From a virus (taxonomy: Duplodnaviria > Caudoviricetes), in IMG/VR virus record IMGVR_UViG_2721755587_000001: DNA of 64,000 nt. One strand, written 5' to 3'. The first letter of the stretch is position 1, and each line of letters opens with the position of its first letter. This document shows, in pieces, positions 17,165-27,505 of the stretch. The position numbers and the translations under genes were made by a program. The notes beneath the pieces were generated by a model that saw only the letters and a program-made list of their open reading frames with translations, was not told the origin of the DNA and ran no database searches.

Positions 17165-18598
17165 ATGTACACGAAGAGCGACTTTGACCGAGCTGTAGCT
17201 GACAGGATCCAGGAATACCCAGCCGTTGCCACGCGGTTCCAGGCTGGAGACCCCACCGTTCTCGCCAGCCTGAGCGCCATTTCGCAGATGGCTTCGATGC
17301 TCTCGCAGCAACTCGAGATTGGCATGATGGAGCCCTTCGAGAAGGTGCGGGACTCCACTGTGCTCGCCGATGCCGCGCTGAAGGGCATCATCCCGGTTGG
17401 GACGCCTACCCGGGTAAAGGTTCTGGTGGCCAACCCGACGGCAGCCGACTTCGCGCTCATCGCTGGACGTAGCGTTCTGGACCCGACTGGTCGTCCCTAC
17501 GTGGTGGATACCCCCGTCACAGTGGTGGCCGGCGGCACCGGGTTTGCCCAACTGCTCCAGCGCCAGACCCGCACGATCGCGCACACGGTCACAGGGTCTC
17601 AGCCCTTCTACACCATCGAGGTGCCGCAGCCTGACGACGGCCAGTACATCGGTGGGATTGCCCTAGCGGATGCCCATGGGAACGCATTCACCTACGCCCA
17701 GGAGTTCACAAACGTCGGCGCTGGCGATCGCATCTTCCACGTGGAATCAGACGAGTATCGCCGGATCTTTGTGAAATTCGGATATGGCGGGGTGGTGGGA
17801 TACCAGCCGGCGGCCGGTGAAGCCTTCACGGTGACGGTGAACGACACCAACGGGAACTTCGACCTGGACCCGGGTAGTCCGTTCGCACTCGAGTACACGC
17901 TCGCGCCGCAGGACTCGATGGTGAAGATCACGCTCGATTCGGTATTGGTGCCGGGGCAGAATCCCATCGATATGGATACCCTTCGGGAGCTCTGCAAGTA
18001 TCCGTCGACCTATGACGCGAGCGCTGTGTACCTGGGGGAATTCGACTTCCTTATCCGGCGCAACATGCCGAGCCTCAAGTTCCTGTCCGTCTGGAACGAG
18101 ACCATTGAGGAGCAGGTGCGTGGGGCGAGCGTCGACAACATCAATCGGCTGTTTGTTTCATTTCAGCCGCCTGACGGTGGCGATCGGACGACGTACGAGA
18201 GTGACATTCGAGCCCTCATCACCAAAGCGGACGACTCGTACGATGTTGCCTTTGTCATGCCGGTGGTGCTACCAATCGGTACCACCATTGCTGCAACAGT
18301 CGCACGAGTTCACGAGCCTACGGCTGTCTCGACGCAGATTCAAGATGTCTTGCTAGGGCAATACGGGATCGATTCTGCGACGGCCAAGGCGGGGATGTTC
18401 TACCCGCAGTACAAGCGCGTGTACGAGCAGTTGCGAGCAAATGTGGCGGCGCTCCAGGACGGAGGGAGCGATTTTACCGTCAGCATCGGTGCGCTGCCGT
18501 CCACGCAATTGCCAGAGCAGTGGCGCTACATGACCGCCGATAGCCTAACGATTGCGGTCACGCTGTCCAACTACAACATCGGCTACTGGGGTCGCTAG
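17165..18598 (+). CDS. bplA: baseplate wedge protein, P1 BplA-like
   Basis: 477 aa; VKFG...GYQP; synteny. Confidence 0.7.
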   Translation: MYTKSDFDRAVADRIQEYPAVATRFQAGDPTVLASLSAISQMASMLSQQLEIGMMEPFEKVRDSTVLADAALKGIIPVGTPTRVKVLVANPTAADFALIAGRSVLDPTGRPYVVDTPVTVVAGGTGFAQLLQRQTRTIAHTVTGSQPFYTIEVPQPDDGQYIGGIALADAHGNAFTYAQEFTNVGAGDRIFHVESDEYRRIFVKFGYGGVVGYQPAAGEAFTVTVNDTNGNFDLDPGSPFALEYTLAPQDSMVKITLDSVLVPGQNPIDMDTLRELCKYPSTYDASAVYLGEFDFLIRRNMPSLKFLSVWNETIEEQVRGASVDNINRLFVSFQPPDGGDRTTYESDIRALITKADDSYDVAFVMPVVLPIGTTIAATVARVHEPTAVSTQIQDVLLGQYGIDSATAKAGMFYPQYKRVYEQLRANVAALQDGGSDFTVSIGALPSTQLPEQWRYMTADSLTIAVTLSNYNIGYWGR

Positions 18599-18600
18599 CC

Positions 18601-19479
18601 GTGGAGGACATGACGCCCACTCTGGGGCCACTTCAGAACAGTTGGGAAGCCAACGAAGTTGAGGCCGAGCTCAAGCAGGTATTTCTGGACCTGTTTGCGA
18701 CCTATCTTCGTGGGGACGAGCGGGACCTGAATGTCTATGGTACCGCTCATCTCGGCTCACTGGATCTGCTGGCCCGGAGTATCAAGCGGGACGGACTCGC
18801 CGTATTCGGCGATGACACCAACGCGGTTCGATACCTGTATCGCGCCTGGCACGCTCGCAATCCTAAGCGGGGTTTGACCTTCCTTCGAACGTACCTCCAA
18901 TTGCTCTGGCCGGATGGCTGGCGGGTAGAGCAGATGTGGCAGGACAAGAGTCAGTCCTACCCAACGAAGCTGGTGGCACGAGGTGAACTAGGGGCCAACC
19001 CACACGACACCCACTACCTCACAAGCCGCATAACCGTTTCGATTGATGACGACAATGAGACGGGGGTAAGTATCCCGCGAGTGTTGCCGGCGCTACGGTC
19101 CGTCATGGCCGCGCGCTTCGTACTCGATATCGAGGTGCTGAAGCGTGCGGGGAACACCATTAGCGTTGCATCAGGGGCGCTCACGGAGACCTTTGGCTTT
19201 TATGATGGGCAGTTGCTGGTGGGAGTGCCACCTCCAAGCCCCTCTCAATCTGATCTTTCGATGCTCTACACCGCGCTCGATGTCGGCGCGAAGCTGCCAT
19301 CCGCTCCAGATTCTCTGCTTCCTTGGTACTCGTGGATCCTGGCTGTGCCGGGCTGGTCCAGTTCTTGGACAGCTTCCCAGCAGCGAGATGCAATTACGCA
19401 AAGGCTCGCGGCCTTCGCGCCATATCTGGACGAACTGCATACGCTTGTCAACGTGACCTTACCGCAAACCTTCCAGTAG
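18601..19479 (+). CDS. baseplate protein, P1 gp16-like
   Basis: KRGLTFLRTYLQLLW...YLTSRI; synteny. Confidence 0.6.
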   Translation: MEDMTPTLGPLQNSWEANEVEAELKQVFLDLFATYLRGDERDLNVYGTAHLGSLDLLARSIKRDGLAVFGDDTNAVRYLYRAWHARNPKRGLTFLRTYLQLLWPDGWRVEQMWQDKSQSYPTKLVARGELGANPHDTHYLTSRITVSIDDDNETGVSIPRVLPALRSVMAARFVLDIEVLKRAGNTISVASGALTETFGFYDGQLLVGVPPPSPSQSDLSMLYTALDVGAKLPSAPDSLLPWYSWILAVPGWSSSWTASQQRDAITQRLAAFAPYLDELHTLVNVTLPQTFQ

Positions 19480-19530
19480 GGCCGAGCAGATCGAGCGGTA
19501 GGCATCCCGGCGAACTGGATATCGATTTCG

Positions 19531-19571
19531 GGAAATTGCACGGTTCGGTGGCTGCCCCAGATTGTTATCTT
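19531..19571 (+). promoter_or_regulatory. late-promoter motif (tailspike)
   Basis: GGAAAT-N29-TATCTT. Confidence 0.55.
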
Positions 19572-19602
19572 GCGGCTATTGAGCAAGGGCACTGAAAGAG
19601 CT

Positions 19603-21744
19603 ATGAGTAACCCGCTGCAGGACAAGGTAGACCAATTCATCGTGGATGAGGGTCTCAACCATCAGTATGTGAACGGTGACCAGAACACCCTTGTACAGAC
19701 AGCCGGTGGCCCGGTGCCGTCAATAGCCAAGCAGGCGAAAGACAATGATGCGGCTATCAACGCGGCTGGCTTACTCGGTCAGGTAAACGCGAGTAAGGAC
19801 GCAGCGCAGTCTGCAATGACAGGTGCTCAGTTTGCTATGACCGGTGCTCAGGCGGCACGCGATGGCGCGCTGATCCAGGCTGGCGTCTATGTGGATGAGC
19901 CGACGGGGCGGGCTGCCGTTGCTGATGGGCAGGCTTTCAAAGTGCAAGGTTCGGGCGTTATCGCGGCTTTTGAATATAGACGCGTAAATAGTGCGTCCGC
20001 AACGCTGATAGCGATCTACCCATCGTCGGCTGCTGTATCTGCTTTGCAGTCAATCCTTCCGTCTCTCGCACCGTCTGGATATGCGTGGGCACTTACTGAT
20101 GCGTTCTTTAGTGCCGCTATCGGCGTAAAAACGGACGGCACATTTACCGCAGTAGTCACGGACATCGCGAACCTCGTGGCCACGGTGAGCCGCATCGGAA
20201 ACCTCACAACGGCATCCTCACCGCCGGCCGGCTACTCTTATGCCTGGATGGATTCCCTTGGGCAAATGGCAGCAGGCATTACAACATCTGGTTCGTTCAT
20301 TATCTCGAATCTAACGGCGCTGCTTACCTCCATCAATCAACTGAATATCGGATCGTCGTCCGTAATATCTGAGCAGAGCACGCCAACTTCCGGAGTGTTC
20401 TCGATTAAGGACGGCTTTGGGAGTACGGCTGCGCGGGTTAACGCCGACGGTAGCGTTGAGGTGGACACGCTAACCGTGCGAGCCCTAAAGGTCACGAGCG
20501 TGAGTGCGCAAAGCCTTGCGGTTGCGGCATCTACCGTTTCAGCGCTCATGCCAGACATGCCGCACGTCATCAGCTATGGTCAGTCCCTCGGCGAAGGTGT
20601 GAATGCGTTGCCACCCTTGTCGACGGTGCAGAAGTACAACGCAGTCAGTTTCAATGGGGGAGTTCGCGCACAAGATGGCGGCACCGATCCGGCAGTAACG
20701 CACGCAAGCCTCATCCCGATGGTTGAAACGCAGTTCGATACCGGGAATGGTGTTGCAGGCGAGACACCATTGTCTGGCATGACGGAGTTCATTCACGAGC
20801 GTCTAGTTGCCGAGAATCCCGGCTTCAATGCCTCGGCGATGTCATTGCTCGGCTCTGCTCCTGGGCAGGGAAGCCAATCGATTGCAAATCTGTCGAAAGG
20901 TGGCTCTTATTATCAGCGGCTGCTCAATGACGTATCTTATGGCGTCAGCCTTGCCAATGCAGCGAGCAAGTTGTATCAAACGACGGCAATAACCTGGACG
21001 CAGGGCGAGGCGGATCAGAGTCTCGGCACGTCAGCCAGCGCCTATATCACCGCGCTAAACACTCTGCTTGCTAATGTGAATTCGGATGCCGCAGCCGCCA
21101 GCGGACAATCCCAAGCCGTTCGCATGATCATGTATCAGATGGGCTCATATAAGGCGCTTGGCGGCACCTACCCAACAATCGCATTTGCGCAGCGAGATGC
21201 GTGCCGGCAAAACGCCAATATGTTCCTGGCTTGCCCGATGTACCAGTTCGATAACTCGGATGCTGGCGTGCACCTGACAAACGTGTCGTCAAGGTGGCTG
21301 GGTGCCTACTACGGTCTCGTCTATAAGCGGGTCGTAATCGATGGCCTCGTCTGGAAACCGACCATGGCGACATCGTGGGTCAGGCAGGGAAAGGTTGCTC
21401 TAATCAAGTTCAACGTTCCAGGTGGGGGCCTTGTATTCGATACCTCATATGTGACTGACCCGGGGAACTACGGGTTCTCGCTAGTGGATTCTTCTGGCAA
21501 TCCGCTGACGATCAGCGGCGTGTCTCTCTTGCAGAACGATACGGTAAAGATCGTTGCGGCCACCGCGATCCCGGCTGGCGCGAAGTGGCGTTATGGCTGG
21601 GGCAATGGGACAGCGAACTACGGCAGGACAGCAGGTCCTCGTGGCTGCTTGCGGGACAGCATGGGCGACACCATCGTCTATGCAGGCGCGGGGAATCAGC
21701 CCATGCACAACTGGGCCATCGTTGACGAACAAATTCTCAATTGA
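19603..21744 (+). CDS. tailspike/fibre with C-terminal SGNH O-acetylesterase domain
   Basis: N-terminal VQTAGGPVPSIAK anchor; YGQSL, WTQGEAD, DAGVHL. Confidence 0.8.
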   Translation: MSNPLQDKVDQFIVDEGLNHQYVNGDQNTLVQTAGGPVPSIAKQAKDNDAAINAAGLLGQVNASKDAAQSAMTGAQFAMTGAQAARDGALIQAGVYVDEPTGRAAVADGQAFKVQGSGVIAAFEYRRVNSASATLIAIYPSSAAVSALQSILPSLAPSGYAWALTDAFFSAAIGVKTDGTFTAVVTDIANLVATVSRIGNLTTASSPPAGYSYAWMDSLGQMAAGITTSGSFIISNLTALLTSINQLNIGSSSVISEQSTPTSGVFSIKDGFGSTAARVNADGSVEVDTLTVRALKVTSVSAQSLAVAASTVSALMPDMPHVISYGQSLGEGVNALPPLSTVQKYNAVSFNGGVRAQDGGTDPAVTHASLIPMVETQFDTGNGVAGETPLSGMTEFIHERLVAENPGFNASAMSLLGSAPGQGSQSIANLSKGGSYYQRLLNDVSYGVSLANAASKLYQTTAITWTQGEADQSLGTSASAYITALNTLLANVNSDAAAASGQSQAVRMIMYQMGSYKALGGTYPTIAFAQRDACRQNANMFLACPMYQFDNSDAGVHLTNVSSRWLGAYYGLVYKRVVIDGLVWKPTMATSWVRQGKVALIKFNVPGGGLVFDTSYVTDPGNYGFSLVDSSGNPLTISGVSLLQNDTVKIVAATAIPAGAKWRYGWGNGTANYGRTAGPRGCLRDSMGDTIVYAGAGNQPMHNWAIVDEQILN

Positions 21745-21752
21745 GGTGAAGT

Positions 21753-22454
21753 ATGGGTGTTAGCCTACAAATCAATGACGCGCTGTTTAAGTATGCGGTC
21801 GCGCAGCAACTCCCGAAGACGGCCAACATTGTCGGCCTATTCAAGCTCGGCGGCGGCGCAGGTGCGGTGCAGAACAACCTTGTTCCTGGAGCGGCGGCAA
21901 CGTCGCTAGTCGGGTCGCCGACGATCAACGCCAACTCCATGTCGGGGACGTACCTTAACGGCCTGAACACTGGCGTGGCGATGCCTGCAACCTTGACGCT
22001 GGCTGCCCTGATGAAGGCACCGGCAGCAGCAAGTGCAGTCGCCATGGGCAACTATGACGGTGCTGCGCCTAAAGGCGCGTGCTTCTATTTCAATGGCAAC
22101 CTGAATGGACTCTGTGCCGGCAGTGCAGGGAGCGCGGCGGCCAATGCTGGATCTTTGGCCGGCTTGACCGCTGGGAGCTATTACTTGATGTACGTGACTT
22201 ACGACGGCGGCACGTTGGAGGTTGGGTATGTCAACAACGGATCATTCACCTCCGCCTCTGCTGCGGGAGTGGTTACCGGGATGCCGTCCAGAAACGTGAG
22301 GCTGCTCGCCGACTACGATGCAACGGCCACATTCCCGAATACCATCGAGATGGCACATGCAGGCGTATGGAATGCCGCGCTTTCGCATTCCGATCTTCTG
22401 CTCTACTACAACTATCTCAAGAGCCAGCTTGGGTCAGTGCTAACGATCGGATAA
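21753..22454 (+). CDS. LamG/ConA-like beta-sandwich protein
   Basis: YVTYDGG...GVWNAALS; follows the spike. Confidence 0.6.
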   Translation: MGVSLQINDALFKYAVAQQLPKTANIVGLFKLGGGAGAVQNNLVPGAAATSLVGSPTINANSMSGTYLNGLNTGVAMPATLTLAALMKAPAAASAVAMGNYDGAAPKGACFYFNGNLNGLCAGSAGSAAANAGSLAGLTAGSYYLMYVTYDGGTLEVGYVNNGSFTSASAAGVVTGMPSRNVRLLADYDATATFPNTIEMAHAGVWNAALSHSDLLLYYNYLKSQLGSVLTIG

Positions 22455-22525
22455 GCGCCGCATGATACAGAGGGAATCTGCGCCGCTTGTGAAGGGCGCC
22501 TTGGCCTTCGCGCGGCTTTGTATGG

Positions 22526-23636
22526 TTACGCATTGGCAGTGACTGGGTCAGTCTCTGCTGTGGAGCGCTGCGCGGGGAATAGATGATCACGAAGGCGCAG
22601 ACTTGGCCGTTCAATGGCCTTGGTGATGATGACTGCCAGGATGATCGCGCCGCCGTATTTCATGGAAAGCTCGACGACTGGCGGGATAGTGCCAAGGCCG
22701 GATTTCAGCCACATCCTTTCGAGGGCTCTGAACATGACGAACTGAAAGACATACGTGGCATATGAGTAAGTGCCGATCCAAGCCACAAAACTCGCGAGTC
22801 TATTCCGCGAGGTGACCGTGCGACCGTCGAGAATCAGGAGCAGGAAGGCTGCCGCCCCGATGTACGCAATCGAGTATCCATACAGTCGCAATTAGTACCT
22901 TTTCAGAATGGGCGAAAACCAAGAAGGAGACGCTAGCTGCCGCAACGGCCGCCCAAAGCCACTTGTACTTGAGGAGAGATGAGAACATCTCCGGCAAGAA
23001 GAACTTCGCGTACGCCAGCAGCACGCCGCAGGCTAGGGAGTCAATTCGGAACTGCGTCTGAACCTGGAGTGTGTGCGGATCAACGCCAAGTATGCTGCCA
23101 GAGACCCGCGCCACCAAGGCGACAACCATTATCCCGGCGAGAACCTTGGGAACACGCCTAATCTGGGCGACTCCCAGCGAGAACGCTGATGCGAGTAGGG
23201 CGAAGAGCAGATAGAAATGCTCCTCGACTGCGAGGCTCCATAGATGACTGAGAGGCGTGAGCCAGTAGTTTTGCAAATGGAGAATCGTCTGAGGGACAAT
23301 CTCCATGGGCTTATATCGGCCAGTCACTACGAGCAGCGCAATATACAAATAGAGGACGGGCCATATCTTGAAGGCTCTACGGATCAGGAATCGTCCTGCG
23401 GCAAATCCACCAGTCCGCTTTATTTCGCTGAAGATCAGGCCGCCGACGAGGAACCCGCTTAGCACGAAGAACAGATCAACGCCGGCCCACCCTATTGTCC
23501 TGCCAGGCGCCTGCATCCAATCTAGTACAGCGTAGCCAGTATGGACGTTGAAATGCCAACCAACCGCAAGAAGAATCGCAACCCCACGCGCAAAGTCGAG
23601 TTCAATCAGGCGCGGCTGACCGAGTGTGTTTTTCAT
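22526..23636 (-). pseudogene. acyltransferase-3 (OafA-like O-acetyltransferase) with a frameshift near 22882
   Basis: LDFARGVAILL, GVDLFFVLSGFL, RRAFKIWP, HLWSLAVEEHFY; C-terminal WIGTYSYATY lies in another frame. Confidence 0.8.
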
Positions 23637-23793
23637 CTTCAGCAGATTGAGATCAAGTAGGCCCGCGGCGCGGTCCAATCTGGCAGCGAGTATACGGTGG
23701 CTGCGTATTCTGGGATCCCCCAGTTCGGGGGGGTACGCATCTCCACCGGAGCCGGTTTTCGGCAAATAGCCGCACCAGGGTGGCTTTTTTATC

Positions 23794-23997
23794 TTAGGGC
23801 GTCCATGTACGCACCAGTCTTGATTTCAGGGGCCAGGGCCTGAATGCAAGAATCCAGACGCAGACCAGAGGCCCAAAAATAGGGATCAGGGCTAGATACT
23901 CGTAGCCCGACTCGAAGCGGGCCATCCGGAAAACCTTCCGGAATGGGAAGAACCAGAGCGCCTCGAAGACGAGGAAACCCAGCAGGTAAATGCTCAT
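23794..23997 (-). CDS. small membrane protein
   Basis: GAGG RBS; LALIPIFGPLVCVWILAFRPWP. Confidence 0.65.
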   Translation of the reverse strand: MSIYLLGFLVFEALWFFPFRKVFRMARFESGYEYLALIPIFGPLVCVWILAFRPWPLKSRLVRTWTP

Positions 23998-24288
23998 AGC
24001 GGCCTCATGGTGCAGTGCACACGTTGGAAGCAGTGTACGGCCGGTCTGCATTCTTTGATCCCCCAATATTGGGGGAGCGTTTGAGTCTGAACTCGAATTG
24101 CTCCCCACCCCCTAGCATTTCCTCCATCCAAAGCCGGTTACCGAGTTGCCCGAATAGGCAGAAACCGAAGTGCAACCACACCCCGGCCAGAGCGGGCATT
24201 TTCTTTTCCGGGGTCACAAATGCCCGAACCAATCAGCGCCGGCCCCCCCCCCGCGCCTGCACTGCGCCCGGCCGCCTGATCTTGCCGC

Positions 24289-24948
24289 TTACTCTGCCGC
24301 TTTGGCTCTTGGCGCACGCGGCGCAGCCTCCGCATTCATCCGATCGGCAGGGTAAGGCTGCATGAAGCTCCTAGCCCGCTCCGGATCCCGGCAGGTCAGC
24401 CAGTCGTCCCATTCCGCCCGAGGTACGATGACGATCATTCGCTTTTCCTTGCCTGGCGCATGGAAGCGGCTCATCAGCGGATGCTTGTCCGAGTTGATCG
24501 TTAGCATGGTGAAACTGAATACCTCGGTGCCGGCGTCGCCCGGCCACGCCCGCCAAAGGCCAGCGATGGCGAAATCCGGCTCGTCCTTCAGCCAGATCCG
24601 CCAGCGGACTGACTTGGGCCCGCTCTCGTAGTTGGGTTCATAGAACGCGCTGGCCGGTACCAAGCAGAGTTGCCCCTTCTTCCATGAACCGGAGAACGAG
24701 CGCTTCTCGCCAACCGTCTCCGATCGTGCATTGGTGGTATCGAACTTGGCCACACCGGGTGGGATTCTGGCCTTCGGCACCATGCCAAAGGTTCCGACCA
24801 GCGCTTGGCGCGCGCCGTCGCCGGCGGCCACGATGATTGGCGCTGCGTAATCCGGCCAGGTCTCTGGCGGATAGTCCAGGGCGGGCGGCTCGACGCCGTA
24901 GACGTCACGCAGCAACTGGCGCTGGACAGGGGCGTAGTTATTGCACAA
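24289..24948 (-). CDS. SOS response-associated peptidase (SRAP/YedK/HMCES family)
   Basis: N-terminal MCNNY, NARSET, FYE, IAGLW, H...RM. Confidence 0.9.
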   Translation of the reverse strand: MCNNYAPVQRQLLRDVYGVEPPALDYPPETWPDYAAPIIVAAGDGARQALVGTFGMVPKARIPPGVAKFDTTNARSETVGEKRSFSGSWKKGQLCLVPASAFYEPNYESGPKSVRWRIWLKDEPDFAIAGLWRAWPGDAGTEVFSFTMLTINSDKHPLMSRFHAPGKEKRMIVIVPRAEWDDWLTCRDPERARSFMQPYPADRMNAEAAPRAPRAKAAE

Positions 24949-24950
24949 GG

Positions 24951-25286
24951 CTAGTCCCTCCGATTTTTATTGCGAGTGTAGACGCTTTGCTGCGGCGGCC
25001 CGAAGAACTCCCGCTCCCATGCCTCCCGTTCCTCGATGCATGGTTCGCCTTGAATCTCCGCGCGGAATTTGTCGAGAATCTGCATGTGGGAGGCATGGCA
25101 GCCGCAGTCGTATGCCTTCTGCAACTGGTTGGCGCGCACCAGCAGTATGCGCAAACGATGGATCTCCCACAGGAGCTCGCGGACCTCAGGGCACGGGTTG
25201 CGCGCATAGATCGCACGGAGCTCGGCGGCGGTACGCCTCGGATACTCATAACGTCCGTCCGGACCAATCGGTAAATTTCGCGTCAT
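24951..25286 (-). CDS. hypothetical protein
   Basis: VRELLWEIHRLR; operon with SRAP. Confidence 0.6.
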   Translation of the reverse strand: MTRNLPIGPDGRYEYPRRTAAELRAIYARNPCPEVRELLWEIHRLRILLVRANQLQKAYDCGCHASHMQILDKFRAEIQGEPCIEEREAWEREFFGPPQQSVYTRNKNRRD

Positions 25287-25289
25287 GAC

Positions 25290-25694
25290 TCAGGATTTCT
25301 GGGCTGGCAAGACGCGTTGCGCCTTCTCCGCCACTCGGCGGTGCTTTTCCTGTGCCTCTTCCCAACTCGATGAGGTGAACACCTTGTCGACGGAGGGGCC
25401 CTTCAGATGCGTCAGGAAGACCGGAATATCTCCCCTGGCGTCTGACCACGGGCTGAAGCAGGTCCAGACGTGAGCACCTTGGTAGGGCAGGTCAGTTCGG
25501 AGCACAAAGCGGCGGAAGCCATCCTTAAGGAAGCGGTAGTGAGAATGTCCGTCCAGGACGTGTACCGGCCGACCGTTGGGGTCCAGGATGTAGAGGCGCA
25601 TGGTGAACGGATCTCCATAGGCATCCGGAGTGCCGCCGCGCACCGCATGGCGTAGCGCGCGCACCCAAGGCTCTGGGGCATCACTCAGGGTCAT
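25290..25694 (-). CDS. hypothetical protein
   Basis: ATG directly downstream of the SOS box. Confidence 0.55.
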   Translation of the reverse strand: MTLSDAPEPWVRALRHAVRGGTPDAYGDPFTMRLYILDPNGRPVHVLDGHSHYRFLKDGFRRFVLRTDLPYQGAHVWTCFSPWSDARGDIPVFLTHLKGPSVDKVFTSSSWEEAQEKHRRVAEKAQRVLPAQKS

Positions 25695-25709
25695 TTTGTC
25701 AGAAAACCA

Positions 25710-25725
25710 CTGTATGAATGTACAG
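25710..25725. promoter_or_regulatory. LexA (SOS) box
   Basis: CTGT-ATGAATGT-ACAG overlapping minus-strand TATACT. Confidence 0.85.
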
Positions 25726-25749
25726 TATAACTCAGCTGGGATGCGGAGC

Positions 25750-25790
25750 GGAAAACTAGCCAAGGATGCATGACTGCCGCCGCTGACAAT
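25750..25790 (+). promoter_or_regulatory. late-promoter motif
   Basis: GGAAAA-N29-GACAAT. Confidence 0.7.
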
Positions 25791-25817
25791 GGGGAAACGG
25801 TATCTCCATTGGCTGCT

Positions 25818-26660
25818 ATGCAAACCGAAGTCATTCGCTACAACCTCCGAGACCGGGGCCGCCAGTTCCGAGGCAAGGAACGCAATTTCGACGTGCCGCG
25901 CATCGTTGCAACTGTGAACGGCGGGGCATGCCAGGAGAAGGTGCGTCACCGGGACATGTTCGGCTACTTCGGGCACTGGCCCCGGGTGAAGTTCGGCATG
26001 AATCCATCGGAAGGTGGCCTGGTGGACGGCAAGCAGGTGGCAGTCGAGCCGGCCTTGGTAACGATCTCCCTGAAGGCCTTTGACGATGGGACGATCGAGC
26101 ATCAAGCCGAGTTTCTCGATACGAACGCCGGCCGGCTGGCTCAGCGCCTGTACGCGAGCAAGGCGGGAGGATTCTCATCCGCCATCGATGAGTTGCGCCC
26201 CGAGTTCTACGGTTTTGACTACGTGCTCGAGCCAAACTACACCAAGAATCGGGGCTATGACCTGGCGCTGGATGGGGTGCTGGGTACGTTCGATGCTGTC
26301 GAGGCGGTAGCCGAGTACCAGGAGCAGATCGCCGGCATCGGCAAACTCTTGGACTGTGTTCAGCAGGACCGGGACAGGGCGGTGGGCGATCTCGATCGCG
26401 CTCTGTCGGTAGTTGGCAGGATGGAGGCGGAGATTGTGCAGCTCCAGTCCATGCTGATGAAGAAGGGGGCGGCGGCTACCCTGGACTCTATTGGCACGCT
26501 TGAATCGGTCATGCCAATCGTGACGGATTCTGACGCTACCCACCGACTCCAACGGACCATCCAAGGTTTCAGGACCGCAGTCCTGGCACGCATCGATGAG
26601 CCTAAGCAGGCTGAAGAGCCGGCCCTAAAAGGGTTTATGAGCCGGCTTCTGGGCCGCTAG
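25818..26660 (+). CDS. pro: prohead protease, P1 Pro-like
   Basis: GYFGHWPR, GGFSSA, GFDYVLEPNY. Confidence 0.75.
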   Translation: MQTEVIRYNLRDRGRQFRGKERNFDVPRIVATVNGGACQEKVRHRDMFGYFGHWPRVKFGMNPSEGGLVDGKQVAVEPALVTISLKAFDDGTIEHQAEFLDTNAGRLAQRLYASKAGGFSSAIDELRPEFYGFDYVLEPNYTKNRGYDLALDGVLGTFDAVEAVAEYQEQIAGIGKLLDCVQQDRDRAVGDLDRALSVVGRMEAEIVQLQSMLMKKGAAATLDSIGTLESVMPIVTDSDATHRLQRTIQGFRTAVLARIDEPKQAEEPALKGFMSRLLGR

Positions 26661-26662
26661 CA

Positions 26663-27505
26663 ATGCAAGAGACAAAAAAGGCCTTCGGGCACTATCTCGG
26701 TGGGTACTACTCGTCCCTCGTGCCGACCACCCCTGCCATGACCGAGTTCTGTGCTCGCGGGCTGAAGTCATGCATCGTCTACGCACCGGGCCGGATGATC
26801 GACGCAGCCGAGGAGATGCTCGCAGCCTGGCGCAGGAACGACAACAATGGTCAGCCGGGTAGCAGTGCGTTCCTCCCAGTGATGATCGTGGCATTGGCCA
26901 AGGACTACGTACCGGTATCTGGCGATTTTTCGCGCCAGGTTGGTGACGACGAATGGATCACAGTGCCGGCAGACGAGAAGGGTCGCATTTTCAAGTTGCG
27001 ACAGATGCAGGGGGATCGAAGGGCGCAACTGCTGATCGCGGCCGCCGAGGAGGAGAGCGCCAGGAGCTTGGCAGCTCAGTTTTGCCTCTGGGTGGCCTCC
27101 GTTCCCAATCGGCGTTTCTACGCGACATACCGGTTCGCGGGCCTCGATCACCAGTGGCCGGTAATGATCGAGAACATCGACACGCCGGCGCAGAGCATCC
27201 AGACGGATGAAAAGAACCTCACCCTGCTGGTGGTCGATATCATGCTGCGCGAATCGATTCCGCTGTTCCGCGCGCCCAAGGGGGATGAGCCGAACGATGG
27301 CAAGGGCGATGGTTCGCCGGAGGATCCCAACGGCTATCCATACACCCGAGTGATCCGCATCACGGACGAGGTGGTGGGCACGGAAATGCAGGTGGACGAC
27401 ACTTACCAGGTGCCCATCTTTGGTGGGGGTGCCATCGCGATCGCCAACACCGACGATGCGTTGACGACGCTCCTCAACTCGACCATGCCAAGCCATAACC
27501 TATGA
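26663..27505 (+). CDS. morphogenesis protein (tail completion-like)
   Basis: late-operon context. Confidence 0.5.
   Translation: MQETKKAFGHYLGGYYSSLVPTTPAMTEFCARGLKSCIVYAPGRMIDAAEEMLAAWRRNDNNGQPGSSAFLPVMIVALAKDYVPVSGDFSRQVGDDEWITVPADEKGRIFKLRQMQGDRRAQLLIAAAEEESARSLAAQFCLWVASVPNRRFYATYRFAGLDHQWPVMIENIDTPAQSIQTDEKNLTLLVVDIMLRESIPLFRAPKGDEPNDGKGDGSPEDPNGYPYTRVIRITDEVVGTEMQVDDTYQVPIFGGGAIAIANTDDALTTLLNSTMPSHNL

Noticed and set aside
24243-24252. C10 run as a phase-variable switch
   Set aside because: Intergenic, with no supportable promoter around it
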